Part shown: piece by piece, positions 52,133-61,138 of the stretch
Numbering within the stretch: position 1 is the first letter of the stretch
Layout: each line of letters opens with the position of its first letter
Assembly (NCBI GenBank): GCA_963704165.1
Contig: CAVPHD010000003.1
Location: 512,001-576,000 of the forward strand
Direction of reading: 5' to 3'
DNA: 64,000 bases
Origin: an uncultured delta proteobacterium
Lineage (GTDB): Bacteria > Myxococcota_A > UBA9160 > SZUA-336
Notes under the pieces: model-generated
The model's input: the letters and a program-made list of their open reading frames with translations, nothing else
The model's database searches: none
Told to the model about the DNA's origin: nothing
Made by a program: the position numbers and the translations under genes

Positions 52133-52458
52133 GCCGCGCGCAGCCGCAGCCGCCAGGCTTCGGATTCCGGCGACGCGACACCGCGCAGCGACAGGTCGTC
52201 GGCGAGCAGCCAGATCGCGTGCTGGAAACGCGCGCGGTCGCGTTCGAGGTCGGGGGTCGCGGGCGCGGCATCGCCGCCGAGCACGAGGCTCGCGACGGAA
52301 TCCTCCGGCCCGAACACCTCCGGGCCCGCGACGTCCGCCCAGAAACCCTCGAGCTCGACGCGCATCTCCTCGCGCGCGGCGAGAGAGCGGATCGCGAGTG
52401 CCCGCGCGCCGTGACCGTACTTCGCGAGCAGGCTCGCGATCTCGTCGAGCGGAGTCAC
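52111..52458 (-). CDS. Hypothetical protein
   Basis: GTG start overlapping the upstream TGA; fills the operon gap. Confidence 0.55.
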   Translation of the reverse strand: MTPLDEIASLLAKYGHGARALAIRSLAAREEMRVELEGFWADVAGPEVFGPEDSVASLVLGGDAAPATPDLERDRARFQHAIWLLADDLSLRGVASPESEAWRLRLRAAQRPPSA

Positions 52459-53153
52459 CTCTCCGGCCAGCCGACGCTCGTCTCTTCGAGGATTCTCCAG
52501 CCGCCGTCCGGACCGGGTCCGACGACGATCTCGATCGCGCTCGTCGTGGGGTCGTGCGTGCTGCGCCGCGTCGCACGGACGCGCACACGCTCGGCCTCGG
52601 GCTCGAAGGCGGGCTCGCGCCAATCGACCGAGATGCCCTCGTTCCGCTCGCGCTCGATCGCCTCGCGGACCCGGGGCTTGTACTCGGATCCACGGAGCGA
52701 CTCCCCGCCCGTGAGCGAGATCGATGCATCGACGCTGTAGCAGTCGTCGAGCCGATCGTCCTGACCGCGGATCAGCTTCCGGCAGACGTCGAAGAGACGC
52801 CGAGCGGTGTCGGCCGGCGCCTCACCGTCCTTCGCGTGGACGAGCGCGGGGCGATCGCTCGCGACCTGCGTCCGCGCCTCGATCCGCTTCGCCCGCTCGC
52901 CATCGCGGCCGATCGAGACCGGCAGGAAGAGCGTGTCGGCCACCAGCGAGAACGGTAGATCGACGAGCGTGATCATCACCCAGCCGAACGACAGGTGCAG
53001 GAACGCCGGTCCCATGATCTCGAGATCCTTGCGCACGCCGCTGTACACGTACGTGCCCTTGTACCCGGGGTTGAGCTGCGTATCGAGCGACATGCAGCCG
53101 CTCGCGCCGACGAGGAGCGCGAGCAGACCGGCGAGCGAGCGCGTCGAGAGCAT
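52455..53153 (-). CDS. YceK/YidQ-family lipoprotein with extra C-terminal NTF2-like domain
   Basis: Lipobox ASGC; YSGVRKD, DLPFSLVADTLFLP. Confidence 0.8.
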   Translation of the reverse strand: MLSTRSLAGLLALLVGASGCMSLDTQLNPGYKGTYVYSGVRKDLEIMGPAFLHLSFGWVMITLVDLPFSLVADTLFLPVSIGRDGERAKRIEARTQVASDRPALVHAKDGEAPADTARRLFDVCRKLIRGQDDRLDDCYSVDASISLTGGESLRGSEYKPRVREAIERERNEGISVDWREPAFEPEAERVRVRATRRSTHDPTTSAIEIVVGPGPDGGWRILEETSVGWPER

Positions 53154-53156
53154 CGG

Positions 53157-54005
53157 TCAGCGCTCCGCGCGGACGATCCAAGCGGCGTAGTCCATCCGGA
53201 CACCGTCGGGCTTCGCGTGCGCGGCGAGCGTCTCGCGGATCGCCGCGGATGCCGCCTGGCGCTGGGCCGGGGTGGCGTCGCGGAGCGCGGCGCCCGCGGG
53301 TCCGATCTCGACCGCGAAGTCGAGCGCCTCGTCGATCGTCCGGCCGAGCGCGATCTCGCCGACGAGCGGCTCGTGCGCCACGCCGCGAAAACCCGCGCGC
53401 CCGAGGATTCCACTCACGCGCGCGGCGTCGGCGAAGGAGAACGGCCCCGGTGAATCGGGCGGCGGAGGCGCGGGCAGCGGAACGTGCTTGGCCAGCGCCG
53501 CGATCGACTCGCGCATCCAGGGGTTCTGCGCGAGCCCCTGCCAGCACACGAAGACGAGCCGCCCACCGGGCCGAAGCGCGCGGTGCAGGTTCGCGAACGC
53601 GGCGTCCGGATCGGTGAAGAACATCACGCCGAAGCGCGAGAACACGAGATCCACACTCTCCGGTGTCAGCGCATGCGTCTGCGCATCGGCGTTCTCGAAC
53701 GTCACGTTCGTGAGCGCCTCGGCGCGGGCGCGCTCGCGCGCGCGCGCGAGCATCGGCGCCGAGATGTCCACGCCGAGCACGGTGCCCTTCGGACCGACGC
53801 GCGCGGCGAGCTGCAGCGACGACTGGCCGACTCCGCAACCGATGTCGAGCACGCGCTCGCCCGCACCGGGTTGCGCGCGGTCCATCGCCGCAAGACCGAT
53901 CGGCGCGAGCATCGCGTCGAGGCGCGCGTTCTCGGCGATCCACTTGGGTCCGGCTTGCTGGTTCCAGTACTCGATCTGCTCCGCGTTCGGCCCGCTCGCC
54001 TGCAT
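53157..54005 (-). CDS. Class I SAM-dependent methyltransferase
   Basis: VLDIGCGVG, GVDIS, ADAQ, SRFGVMFF, PGPFSFAD. Confidence 0.92.
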   Translation of the reverse strand: MQASGPNAEQIEYWNQQAGPKWIAENARLDAMLAPIGLAAMDRAQPGAGERVLDIGCGVGQSSLQLAARVGPKGTVLGVDISAPMLARARERARAEALTNVTFENADAQTHALTPESVDLVFSRFGVMFFTDPDAAFANLHRALRPGGRLVFVCWQGLAQNPWMRESIAALAKHVPLPAPPPPDSPGPFSFADAARVSGILGRAGFRGVAHEPLVGEIALGRTIDEALDFAVEIGPAGAALRDATPAQRQAASAAIRETLAAHAKPDGVRMDYAAWIVRAER

Positions 54006-54050
54006 GCGTCCTCCCCGGTGAGACCCGGATTCTAGAGGTTCATGGCCCAC

Positions 54051-54080
54051 TTGACTGGAGAGCGAAGAAAGAGCGAAACT
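54051..54080 (+). promoter_or_regulatory. Promoter with embedded direct-repeat operator upstream of the imuA-like gene
   Basis: TTGACT-18 nt-GAAACT; AGAGCGAA at 54059-54066 and 54070-54077. Confidence 0.5.
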
Positions 54081-54086
54081 CCGGTC

Positions 54087-54857
54087 GTGCGCTCGGAACC
54101 GGCGATCGCGACCACCCGAATCGATCAGCTTCGCGAGCTTCTGCTCGAGACAGGTCTCGTCGACCGGGTTCGCGTGGGTGCTTCGTGTCCCCCAGCCGAG
54201 GCCCCGCGGGCTCCGAGAACCCACCGCACGGCGACCGAAAGGCCATCCACCCCCGGGGCGGGGGAGGCGTTCTCCCCGGACGCTCTCCTCCGCCCCCATT
54301 CGCGCGAAGCGTCCCACGCCGACGAGGGGCGGCTGATCGAGCTCGCGGGGGCGCGCTCTTCGGGCAAGACCGCGCTCGCCTACCGCATGGCGGCGGGGGC
54401 CACGTCGCGCGGCGAGCTGGTCGGCTGGGTCGATCTGCCCAACGCCCTCGATCCCCGCTTTCTGCTGCGCGCGAAGGTGAGGCTCGGGGACGTGCTCTGG
54501 GTACGGCCCCCGAGTCTTTCGACGGCCCTGCGCACGGCCGAGCTTCTGGTCAAGACGGGCTTCGCGCTCGTCGTACTCGACCTCGAGGGCGCGCGGTCAC
54601 GCGAGCTCGCGCAGCTCGGCGCGTCGGTCTGGACACGGCTTCTGCGCGCGCTTCGCGAGTCCCGCGCCACCGCGCTCCTGCTCGGTGCACAACGCGCCGC
54701 GGGCTCGTTCGCGACGCTCGGCGTCTCCACCAGGCGCGAGCACGCGCTCTTCGACGCGGGGCTGTTCGAAGGGCTCGTGAGCCGCCTCGAGGTGCTGCGC
54801 AACCGATCCGGTGCGAGCGACGGCGAGCTGCGCTTTGCCGTACATCACCGGCCCTGA
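54087..54857 (+). CDS. ImuA/RecA-like protein
   Basis: GRLIELAGARSSGKT (Walker A), WVDLPNALDP, LWVRP, LVVLD; start probably GTG 54087 (ATG 54042 is the alternative). Confidence 0.78.
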   Translation: MRSEPAIATTRIDQLRELLLETGLVDRVRVGASCPPAEAPRAPRTHRTATERPSTPGAGEAFSPDALLRPHSREASHADEGRLIELAGARSSGKTALAYRMAAGATSRGELVGWVDLPNALDPRFLLRAKVRLGDVLWVRPPSLSTALRTAELLVKTGFALVVLDLEGARSRELAQLGASVWTRLLRALRESRATALLLGAQRAAGSFATLGVSTRREHALFDAGLFEGLVSRLEVLRNRSGASDGELRFAVHHRP

Positions 54858-54884
54858 TGGAAGGCTCGGAGCGCGGGCGACCCT

Positions 54885-55463
54885 TCAGATGACCGACGGG
54901 CGCACGAGCGCCGCCACGTCGGCCCGCGCGGCGCCGAGCTTCTCCTGAAGCTGCGTGTGACCGTGCTTGCGCGCGAAGTCCGCTTCGGCGCGCGTGATCG
55001 GCACGAGCCAGATGAAGCGCACGTTGCGCGTGCGGTCGGAGAGCCACTCGAGCTCGGGATCGAAATAGGTCGGCAGCGAGACGAGCAGGTGATCCGCGAC
55101 GGCACCGGGCAGCCAGCCGTGACCGATCTCGAGCGTCTGACCGAGCGAGAGCGGGTAGCGCTCGTCGGCGTGGAGATTCGCGACCATCGCCAAGAGCTTC
55201 GTCGCGAACTCCTCGGGCGCGCGCGTGAGCAGAACGAACTCGAGCCCGTAGCCGTCCTCCATCGGCGCGATCGACGCACCCGCGGTCAGGTGGATCCACG
55301 ACGGGGCGGGGACGTCCGAGGGTGGCGCGACGCGCACGACCGCGAGATCGGGCAGATTCTGGACGACCCCGCCCGCGTCCCAGCGCAGCGTCTCGAGCGC
55401 GCGGCCCGGAAACACGCGCGAAGCGTGCGCGTGAACCGCATCGATCAGCGTCTGCTCGCTCAT
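54885..55463 (-). CDS. Suppressor-of-fused (SUFU) domain protein
   Basis: WIHLTAGAS, LEFVL, GQT, FIWLVPITRAEADF...G. Confidence 0.8.
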   Translation of the reverse strand: MSEQTLIDAVHAHASRVFPGRALETLRWDAGGVVQNLPDLAVVRVAPPSDVPAPSWIHLTAGASIAPMEDGYGLEFVLLTRAPEEFATKLLAMVANLHADERYPLSLGQTLEIGHGWLPGAVADHLLVSLPTYFDPELEWLSDRTRNVRFIWLVPITRAEADFARKHGHTQLQEKLGAARADVAALVRPSVI

Positions 55464-56055
55464 CCGACCTCGGCTGCGTAGGGAGGCGCGGGATCGTACT
55501 CCATCGCGCGCTGCACCTGCCGGGCGACCGACACGCCGTGGATCTGACCGACGAGCCAGAGCGCCATGTCGATGCCCGCCGAGACACCCGCCGCCGTGAC
55601 CAGGTTTCCGTCGCGCACGTAGCGGACGCCCTCGAGCACCTCCGCACCGACGCTCACGCAGCGCCGTGACGAAGCCCCAGTGCGTGGTGACGCGCCGGCC
55701 CTGCGCGAAGCCGGCCTCGTGCAGGAGCAGCGAGCCCGTGCAGACGCTCGTCACCCAGGTGCAGCCCGCGCCGGTCTTGCGCAGCCAGTCGATCAGCACG
55801 GGATTGTCCACCTCACGGCGCGTGCCGACGCCGCCGGGCACGAGGACGACGTCGAGCTTCGGAGCAGTCCTCGAACGCGTGGTCGGGGATGATGCGCATG
55901 CCCTTCGCCGCGCGGATCGGCTCGCGCGTCTGCGCGATCGTGACGACGCGGTCGCCCGGCACGATGTGTCGCACCATCGTGAACACCTCCCACGGCCCGA
56001 CGAAGTCGAGCTCTTCCGCGTCGTCGAAAATCAGCATTCCGGTCGTGATGCCCAT
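55460..56055 (-). CDS. DJ-1/PfpI family protein (isocyanide hydratase-like), frameshifts near 55865 and 55655
   Basis: EELDFVGPWEV, VPGG, SVCTG, TTHW, TAAGVSAGIDM, MEYDPAPP. Confidence 0.87.
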
Positions 56056-56091
56056 TCCACTTCTCCTTCGGATTCTCGAGTTGCGTCGGGA

Positions 56092-57069
56092 TCAGGCGGC
56101 CGCGGAACGGAACCGCGCGCGGTAGGCCGCCGGTGAAACGCGTACGCGGCGCACGAAGGAGCGGCGCAGGCTCTCCGCGCACGCGAAGCCGCAGCGCCGC
56201 GCGACCTCGTCCACGGCCGCAAGCGACTCCTCGAGACATCGCCGCGCCGCCTCGACCCGCACGCGCTCGACCCAACGCGCGGGCGTCTCGCCGACCTCGC
56301 GCGCAAAGACGCGGGCGAAGTTGCGCGGGCTCATTCCCGCGCGCTTCGCCAGCGCCGCCACGCCCAGGTCGGCTCGGAGGTGCGCCTGTGCCCACGTCTG
56401 CAGATCGCGAATCGCGTCGTGCTCGGTGGCCTGTGCGGAGAGCTCGGCGCTGAACTGCGACTGCCCGCCGGGTCGCTTCAGGAAGAGCACGAGCCAGCGT
56501 GCGACCGTGAGCGCGAGCTCGCGACCGTGGTCCTGCTCGACGAGCGCGAGCGCCAGGTCCATGCCCGCGCAGACGCCCGCCGAGCTCCAGAACTTCCCGT
56601 CGCGCACGAAGATCGGGTCGGTCTCGACGGCGATCTGCGGGTAGCTTGCCGCGAGCCGGGTGCAGCTTCCCCAGTGCGTGGTCGCGCGCCGGCCATCGAG
56701 CAGCCCCGCCTCTGCGAGCAGGAAAGCCCCCGTACACACCGATGCAACGCGGCGCGCGTGCTTCGCTCGTCGGCGCAGGAATCCGATCAGGGCCCGGTCG
56801 TGCAGGGCCGCCGCGCTGCCCTTGCCCCCGGCGACGAGCAATGTGTCGATCGGGCCGCGCAGGTCGCGCAGGCCGCGAGGCGCCGCCAGCTCGATCCCCG
56901 ACGTCGTGCGCACCGGACCCGGCTCGCGCGCCGCGATCTCGATCTGGTAGCGCGGCACGCGACGATCGCGCTTCTCGTCGAGCCGACGATTCGCGTTCGC
57001 GAAGACCTCGAGCGGCCCGGCGACGTCGAGCACCTGCACGTCGGGATAGACCAGCATCACGACTCTCAT
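56092..57069 (-). CDS. GlxA-family (DJ-1 + AraC) transcriptional regulator
   Basis: LDVAGPLEVF, SVCTGAFLLA, ATTHW, RPGGQSQFS, MSPRNFARVF. Confidence 0.92.
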   Translation of the reverse strand: MRVVMLVYPDVQVLDVAGPLEVFANANRRLDEKRDRRVPRYQIEIAAREPGPVRTTSGIELAAPRGLRDLRGPIDTLLVAGGKGSAAALHDRALIGFLRRRAKHARRVASVCTGAFLLAEAGLLDGRRATTHWGSCTRLAASYPQIAVETDPIFVRDGKFWSSAGVCAGMDLALALVEQDHGRELALTVARWLVLFLKRPGGQSQFSAELSAQATEHDAIRDLQTWAQAHLRADLGVAALAKRAGMSPRNFARVFAREVGETPARWVERVRVEAARRCLEESLAAVDEVARRCGFACAESLRRSFVRRVRVSPAAYRARFRSAAA

Positions 57070-57091
57070 CGAGCGAAGGGTGGTCGTTTTC

Positions 57092-57136
57092 CGATCTGGC
57101 GGCAATGACAAAGATCCAACGATTCCTGCCAGATCG
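57092..57136. promoter_or_regulatory. Inverted-repeat operator upstream of the GlxA regulator
   Basis: CGATCTGGC...GCCAGATCG perfect 9-bp arms; half-sites TGGCGGCAAT and TGGCAGGAAT. Confidence 0.6.
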
Positions 57137-57146
57137 AGGAACGCGC

Positions 57147-58775
57147 TCAGGGACGCGGACAGGCGTCGCCGAAACCGTCCTTGTCCGCGTCCGCCTGGTC
57201 TGGATTCGCGAGATCGGGGCAGACGTCGCAACCATCGGGGAAGCCGTCCTGATCGCGGTCGAACTCCGCGGACAGGCAACCCGGTGTCGCGCAGGGCACG
57301 TCGTTCGGGCCGAAACGACAGACACGGTACGGTGTCGATTCGAGATGCCGGGACCAATTGACGTAGATCGCGCTCCCGATCACGACTTTTTCGCAGTCGG
57401 ACAGCCGCGCGGGCGTCCGCCTGGAACGGCAGCCCCTCCGGTCCGGCTCCAGCATGCGGACTCGCGGGTAGACCGCGCCGTCCGGGACCTCGAGCCCGCG
57501 CACTTCGAGCCTGCACCGATCGAGCCCTTCTCGCGCGCGCACGCACGGTGCCGAGGCGAGTATGCGGCCGCTCGCGTCGAGAAGCTCGAGGACGTCGAAG
57601 CGCCGGGTCAGGCGGGGATCGCCGTTCGCGTTGCGGGGATCGTTCAGAGCGAGAACGTGCACCTCGACGCGCCCGTCCGGTGCGTCGAGGTTCGCGCCCA
57701 TCGGCAGCCAGGCGCCGTTCTCGCCGCTCCGCATCTCGAAGCGCAGCGCCGGCCTTCCCGACGCGGCGTAGTAGCAGCGCCGAGCGTGCATCGCATCTAC
57801 GAGCGCAGCGCGCGTCTTCGCCCAGACCCAGCACACCGTCGCTCCGTTTCGGAGGGACGCGGCGCTCCGCGGACCCGTCGCATCGTGGCTGTCCGATCCG
57901 TAGGCGGGAAACACCCGGTAGCCGGCGCGGAGCATGCGCTGGTAGCTCGCCTCCCACTCCGGGTCGCGCTTGCCGGAGCCCACTTCGACGCCCTGCACGA
58001 ACGCGTCCGAGAATCCGCCGGGAGCGTTCGCCGGGTGCAGGGGCCGCAAGTCCATCGCGTCTGCGGCGCCCGGGTGTGCCTGGATCAGCGCCCCCTGCGG
58101 GCGGCTCGAGGTCGCGAGCCAACGGTAGAGCCGATACTCGTCGGCGCAGTACTCGTCGCCGGCGAGCCACCCGTCGTCCGCGCACATCCCGCGCGTCTCG
58201 CCGGGAAGGATCACGACCTTGTGGCCGCCCTCGCGCGACGCGACGCCTTTCTGTGTGAACGCGTAGTTCGTGAACTCGCGACCCGTGAGCGCGAGGAACC
58301 CGCCCTCCCCTTCGACCGTCTTGGATGTCGCGAGTCGCGAGAGCGCGAGCGCTTCGTTCGAGCGCGGAGACAGGATCGCGCCGTCCTTCGCCATCGCGTC
58401 GGGAAATCCCGCGGGCGTCACGTTCATCGACCACCAGCGGTACTTCTCACTCGCCGTGTCGAGGCAGATGTTCGCCCTCTCCCCGGGGAAATTCGTGTCG
58501 TGGTGCGAGAGACTTCCCCACTCGTAGCCGGTCGCGCGCATCGCGTCGTACGCGTCGAAGCTCGATCCGCTCTCGTGGAGCCCTCCGGGGAATCCGGGCA
58601 CGGGCGGCTCCCTCTCGAGCCGCTCGATCATCCACAACGTCGCGGCATGCTGGTGGCTGTCGCCCGCGACGAGGCTCATGCCGGCGTACGCATCGCCGCC
58701 GGGCAATTCCGCGCGGGCGAACCATGCAGGCGCGAGGAACGCGTGAAGCGCGAGCGCGGCCGATGCCCACTTCAA
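57147..58775 (-). CDS. Secreted PHP-domain metallohydrolase with C-terminal thrombospondin-3-like repeats
   Basis: Signal peptide; GDSHQH, SHHD, GREFT, GH, AHP, GVEV, GSDSH; DRDQDGFPDGCDVCP...DADKDGFGDAC. Confidence 0.78.
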   Translation of the reverse strand: MKWASAALALHAFLAPAWFARAELPGGDAYAGMSLVAGDSHQHAATLWMIERLEREPPVPGFPGGLHESGSSFDAYDAMRATGYEWGSLSHHDTNFPGERANICLDTASEKYRWWSMNVTPAGFPDAMAKDGAILSPRSNEALALSRLATSKTVEGEGGFLALTGREFTNYAFTQKGVASREGGHKVVILPGETRGMCADDGWLAGDEYCADEYRLYRWLATSSRPQGALIQAHPGAADAMDLRPLHPANAPGGFSDAFVQGVEVGSGKRDPEWEASYQRMLRAGYRVFPAYGSDSHDATGPRSAASLRNGATVCWVWAKTRAALVDAMHARRCYYAASGRPALRFEMRSGENGAWLPMGANLDAPDGRVEVHVLALNDPRNANGDPRLTRRFDVLELLDASGRILASAPCVRAREGLDRCRLEVRGLEVPDGAVYPRVRMLEPDRRGCRSRRTPARLSDCEKVVIGSAIYVNWSRHLESTPYRVCRFGPNDVPCATPGCLSAEFDRDQDGFPDGCDVCPDLANPDQADADKDGFGDACPRP

Positions 58776-59209
58776 CCCGAGGATTCCCGACGCCCGATCG
58801 CGCGCGCGAGCCGGGTCGCCGTCGCTTCGAGTCGCGCGGGCTCTCCCGGAATGCGGGTGTGAAGCTGAAGGGGCTCACCGAGGGCCCGCGGCATGAGATG
58901 CATGTGGTAGTGGAAGACCGTCTGGCCGGCGGCCTGACCGTTCAGCTGGAAGACCATCAGCCCATCGGGCGCCAACTCGGCGCGGATCGCCGCGGCGACG
59001 CGGTGGGACGCGCGCGCGATCGCCTCGAGCGTGGCCTCGTCGACTTCGTAGACGTTCTCGAAGTGGTCCTTCGTGACCACCAGCGCATGACCGTCGGTGA
59101 CCGGGAAGATGTCCATGAACACGATCGTGTGTTCGTCCTCGTAGACACGGTGCGCACCGGCCTCGCCGCTGACGATCTTGCAGAAGATGCAGTTCGGTCT
59201 CGCCGCCAT
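58772..59209 (-). CDS. HIT family protein
   Basis: CIFCKI, GHALV, AGQTVFHYHMH. Confidence 0.92.
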   Translation of the reverse strand: MAARPNCIFCKIVSGEAGAHRVYEDEHTIVFMDIFPVTDGHALVVTKDHFENVYEVDEATLEAIARASHRVAAAIRAELAPDGLMVFQLNGQAAGQTVFHYHMHLMPRALGEPLQLHTRIPGEPARLEATATRLARAIGRRESSG

Positions 59210-59226
59210 TCGTCCCGGCCGTGAGC

Positions 59227-60048
59227 TCAATCGAGCGGGTCGAGCGGCGGGGAGTCCTTCGTCGGCGAGAGCGTGAAGCGGGGTTTGCGCTTCTCGAGGA
59301 AGCTCATGACGCCCTCCTTCGCGTCCGCCGTCCCGCCGAGCGCGAACAACGCCTTCGCTTCGCGCCGCGCGACCCGGACCGGGGGCGGGCCGCCCAGATG
59401 CTCCCAGATCATGCGCTTGGTCAGCGCGACGGAGACCGGCGCGGTGTTCTCAGCGATCTCGCGCGCGATCTCTCGCGCGCGCGGCAGCACGCGCTCGGCC
59501 GGGACGGCCTCGTTCACGAGCCCGAGTCGCGCCGCCTCCTCGCCGAGCAGAATGCGTCCCGAGAGCAGGAGATCGGCCGCGCGCGCGATGCCGATCAGCC
59601 GGGGCAGGATCCAGGTGCTCGAGAGCTCCGTCACGACGCCGCGGCGCACGAACAGGAACCCGAGCTTCGCATCGTTCGCGGCGATCCGGATGTCGTACTG
59701 AAGCGGCAGCGTGATGCCGACGCCGACGGCCGCACCGTTGATCGCCGCGATGATCGGCTTGCGCACCTCCCAAGGCTGGATCGTCCGCATCGGCGCGGCT
59801 TCGCCCCGACTCCCCCCGCCCGCGAACGTTTCTCCGCCGCGCTCGAGGTCCGCGCCCGCACAGAACGCGCGTCCAGCACCGGTGACGATCACCACCCGCA
59901 CCGCGTCGTCCTCGTCGGCGCGGAGCAGATGCTCGTTCAGCTCGGCGCCCATCTGCGCGGTCCAGGCGTTCATGCGTTCGGGCCGGTCGAGCGTGATCTC
60001 TGCGATTCCGTCCGCGACGTCGATCCGTGTATGCGCAGCCGCGCTCAT
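59227..60048 (-). CDS. Enoyl-CoA hydratase/isomerase family protein
   Basis: LDRPERMNA, FCAGADL, INGAAVGVG, EGVMSFLEKR. Confidence 0.92.
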   Translation of the reverse strand: MSAAAHTRIDVADGIAEITLDRPERMNAWTAQMGAELNEHLLRADEDDAVRVVIVTGAGRAFCAGADLERGGETFAGGGSRGEAAPMRTIQPWEVRKPIIAAINGAAVGVGITLPLQYDIRIAANDAKLGFLFVRRGVVTELSSTWILPRLIGIARAADLLLSGRILLGEEAARLGLVNEAVPAERVLPRAREIAREIAENTAPVSVALTKRMIWEHLGGPPPVRVARREAKALFALGGTADAKEGVMSFLEKRKPRFTLSPTKDSPPLDPLD

Positions 60049-60058
60049 CGTTTCGCTC

Positions 60059-61135
60059 TCACCACCCGGCCAGCGCGGCCGCGCGCTCGCGGTGCGCGGC
60101 GGGCGTGCCGAGGAATGCGCGGTCGAACATCGCGCGCTTGAAGTAGATCTGGACGTCGCACTCCCAGGTGAACCCGATCCCGCCGTGCGCCTCGACGGCG
60201 TCGCGCGCGACCTGCATGTAGACCTGCGTCAGGTGCGCCTTCGCGAGCGCCGCGCTTCGCTCGGACTCGGCCGGAATCCGATCGAAGGCGTGCGCCGCGT
60301 ACCAGTAGAGCGCGCGGGCCGGCTCGACCTCGACCGCCATCGCCGCGAGCTGGTGCTTCAGCGCCTGGAAACTGCCGATCGTGACGCCGAACTGCTGGCG
60401 TGTCCGGGCGTACTCGACCGAGAGATCGACGAGCGTCGCCGCGCCGCCGAACGCATCGGCCGCGAGCAGCACGAGGGCGGCGTCGCGCACGCGCGCGGCG
60501 CCCCTGGGACCGTCCGGGAGCACGTCGCAGGGCGTATCGGCGAGTCGCAGCGAGGCGATTCTTCGGGTGCGATCGATTCCGGCCAACGGCTCGACCGAGA
60601 GACCCCGTGCACCGCGCTCGCAGAGCGCGAGTCCGCCGTCGCGCGTACCGACGACGAACAGGTCCGCGTGCTCGCCGAACGGGACGTGCGCCTTCACACC
60701 CTCGAGTGTCGCGCCGGACTCGAGCGTCCACTCGGCGGGCTGCCAGCGTCCCTCGCCCTCGGCGAACGCCACGGTTCCGAGGATCTCACCCGAAGCGAGC
60801 TTCGGGAGCCAGGTCTTCTTCTGCGCGTCGCTTCCCGCATACAGGATCGCGAGCCCCGCGAGCGAGTGCCCGAGGAACGGCCCGGGCACGGCGCCCGCAC
60901 CGAGCACCTCGGCCGCGAGCGCGAGATCGAGCAGCTCGAGCCCGGCGCCCCCGAACTCGTCGGGAACCGCGATCGCGCCGAGGCCGATCTCGAGCAGGCC
61001 CTTCCACAGTTCGGTGTCGTGGCCATCGTCGCCGTCGAAGATCGCGCGACGACGCGTCGGCGCGCACTGCGCCGCCGCGAACTGCGCGACGGTCTCCTGG
61101 AGCATCTCCTGCTCCTCGGTCAGGTCGAAGTTCAT
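60059..61135 (-). CDS. Acyl-CoA dehydrogenase (beta-type subunit of a heteromeric ACAD)
   Basis: RQQFGVTIGSFQALKH, HGGIGFTWE; short C-terminus. Confidence 0.9.
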   Translation of the reverse strand: MNFDLTEEQEMLQETVAQFAAAQCAPTRRRAIFDGDDGHDTELWKGLLEIGLGAIAVPDEFGGAGLELLDLALAAEVLGAGAVPGPFLGHSLAGLAILYAGSDAQKKTWLPKLASGEILGTVAFAEGEGRWQPAEWTLESGATLEGVKAHVPFGEHADLFVVGTRDGGLALCERGARGLSVEPLAGIDRTRRIASLRLADTPCDVLPDGPRGAARVRDAALVLLAADAFGGAATLVDLSVEYARTRQQFGVTIGSFQALKHQLAAMAVEVEPARALYWYAAHAFDRIPAESERSAALAKAHLTQVYMQVARDAVEAHGGIGFTWECDVQIYFKRAMFDRAFLGTPAAHRERAAALAGW

Positions 61136-61138
61136 CGC

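Noticed and set aside
57070..58434. Apparent long N-terminal extension of the GlxA regulator (780-aa ORF)
   Set aside because: Off-frame overlap with the PHP hydrolase; the family N-terminus starts at 57069
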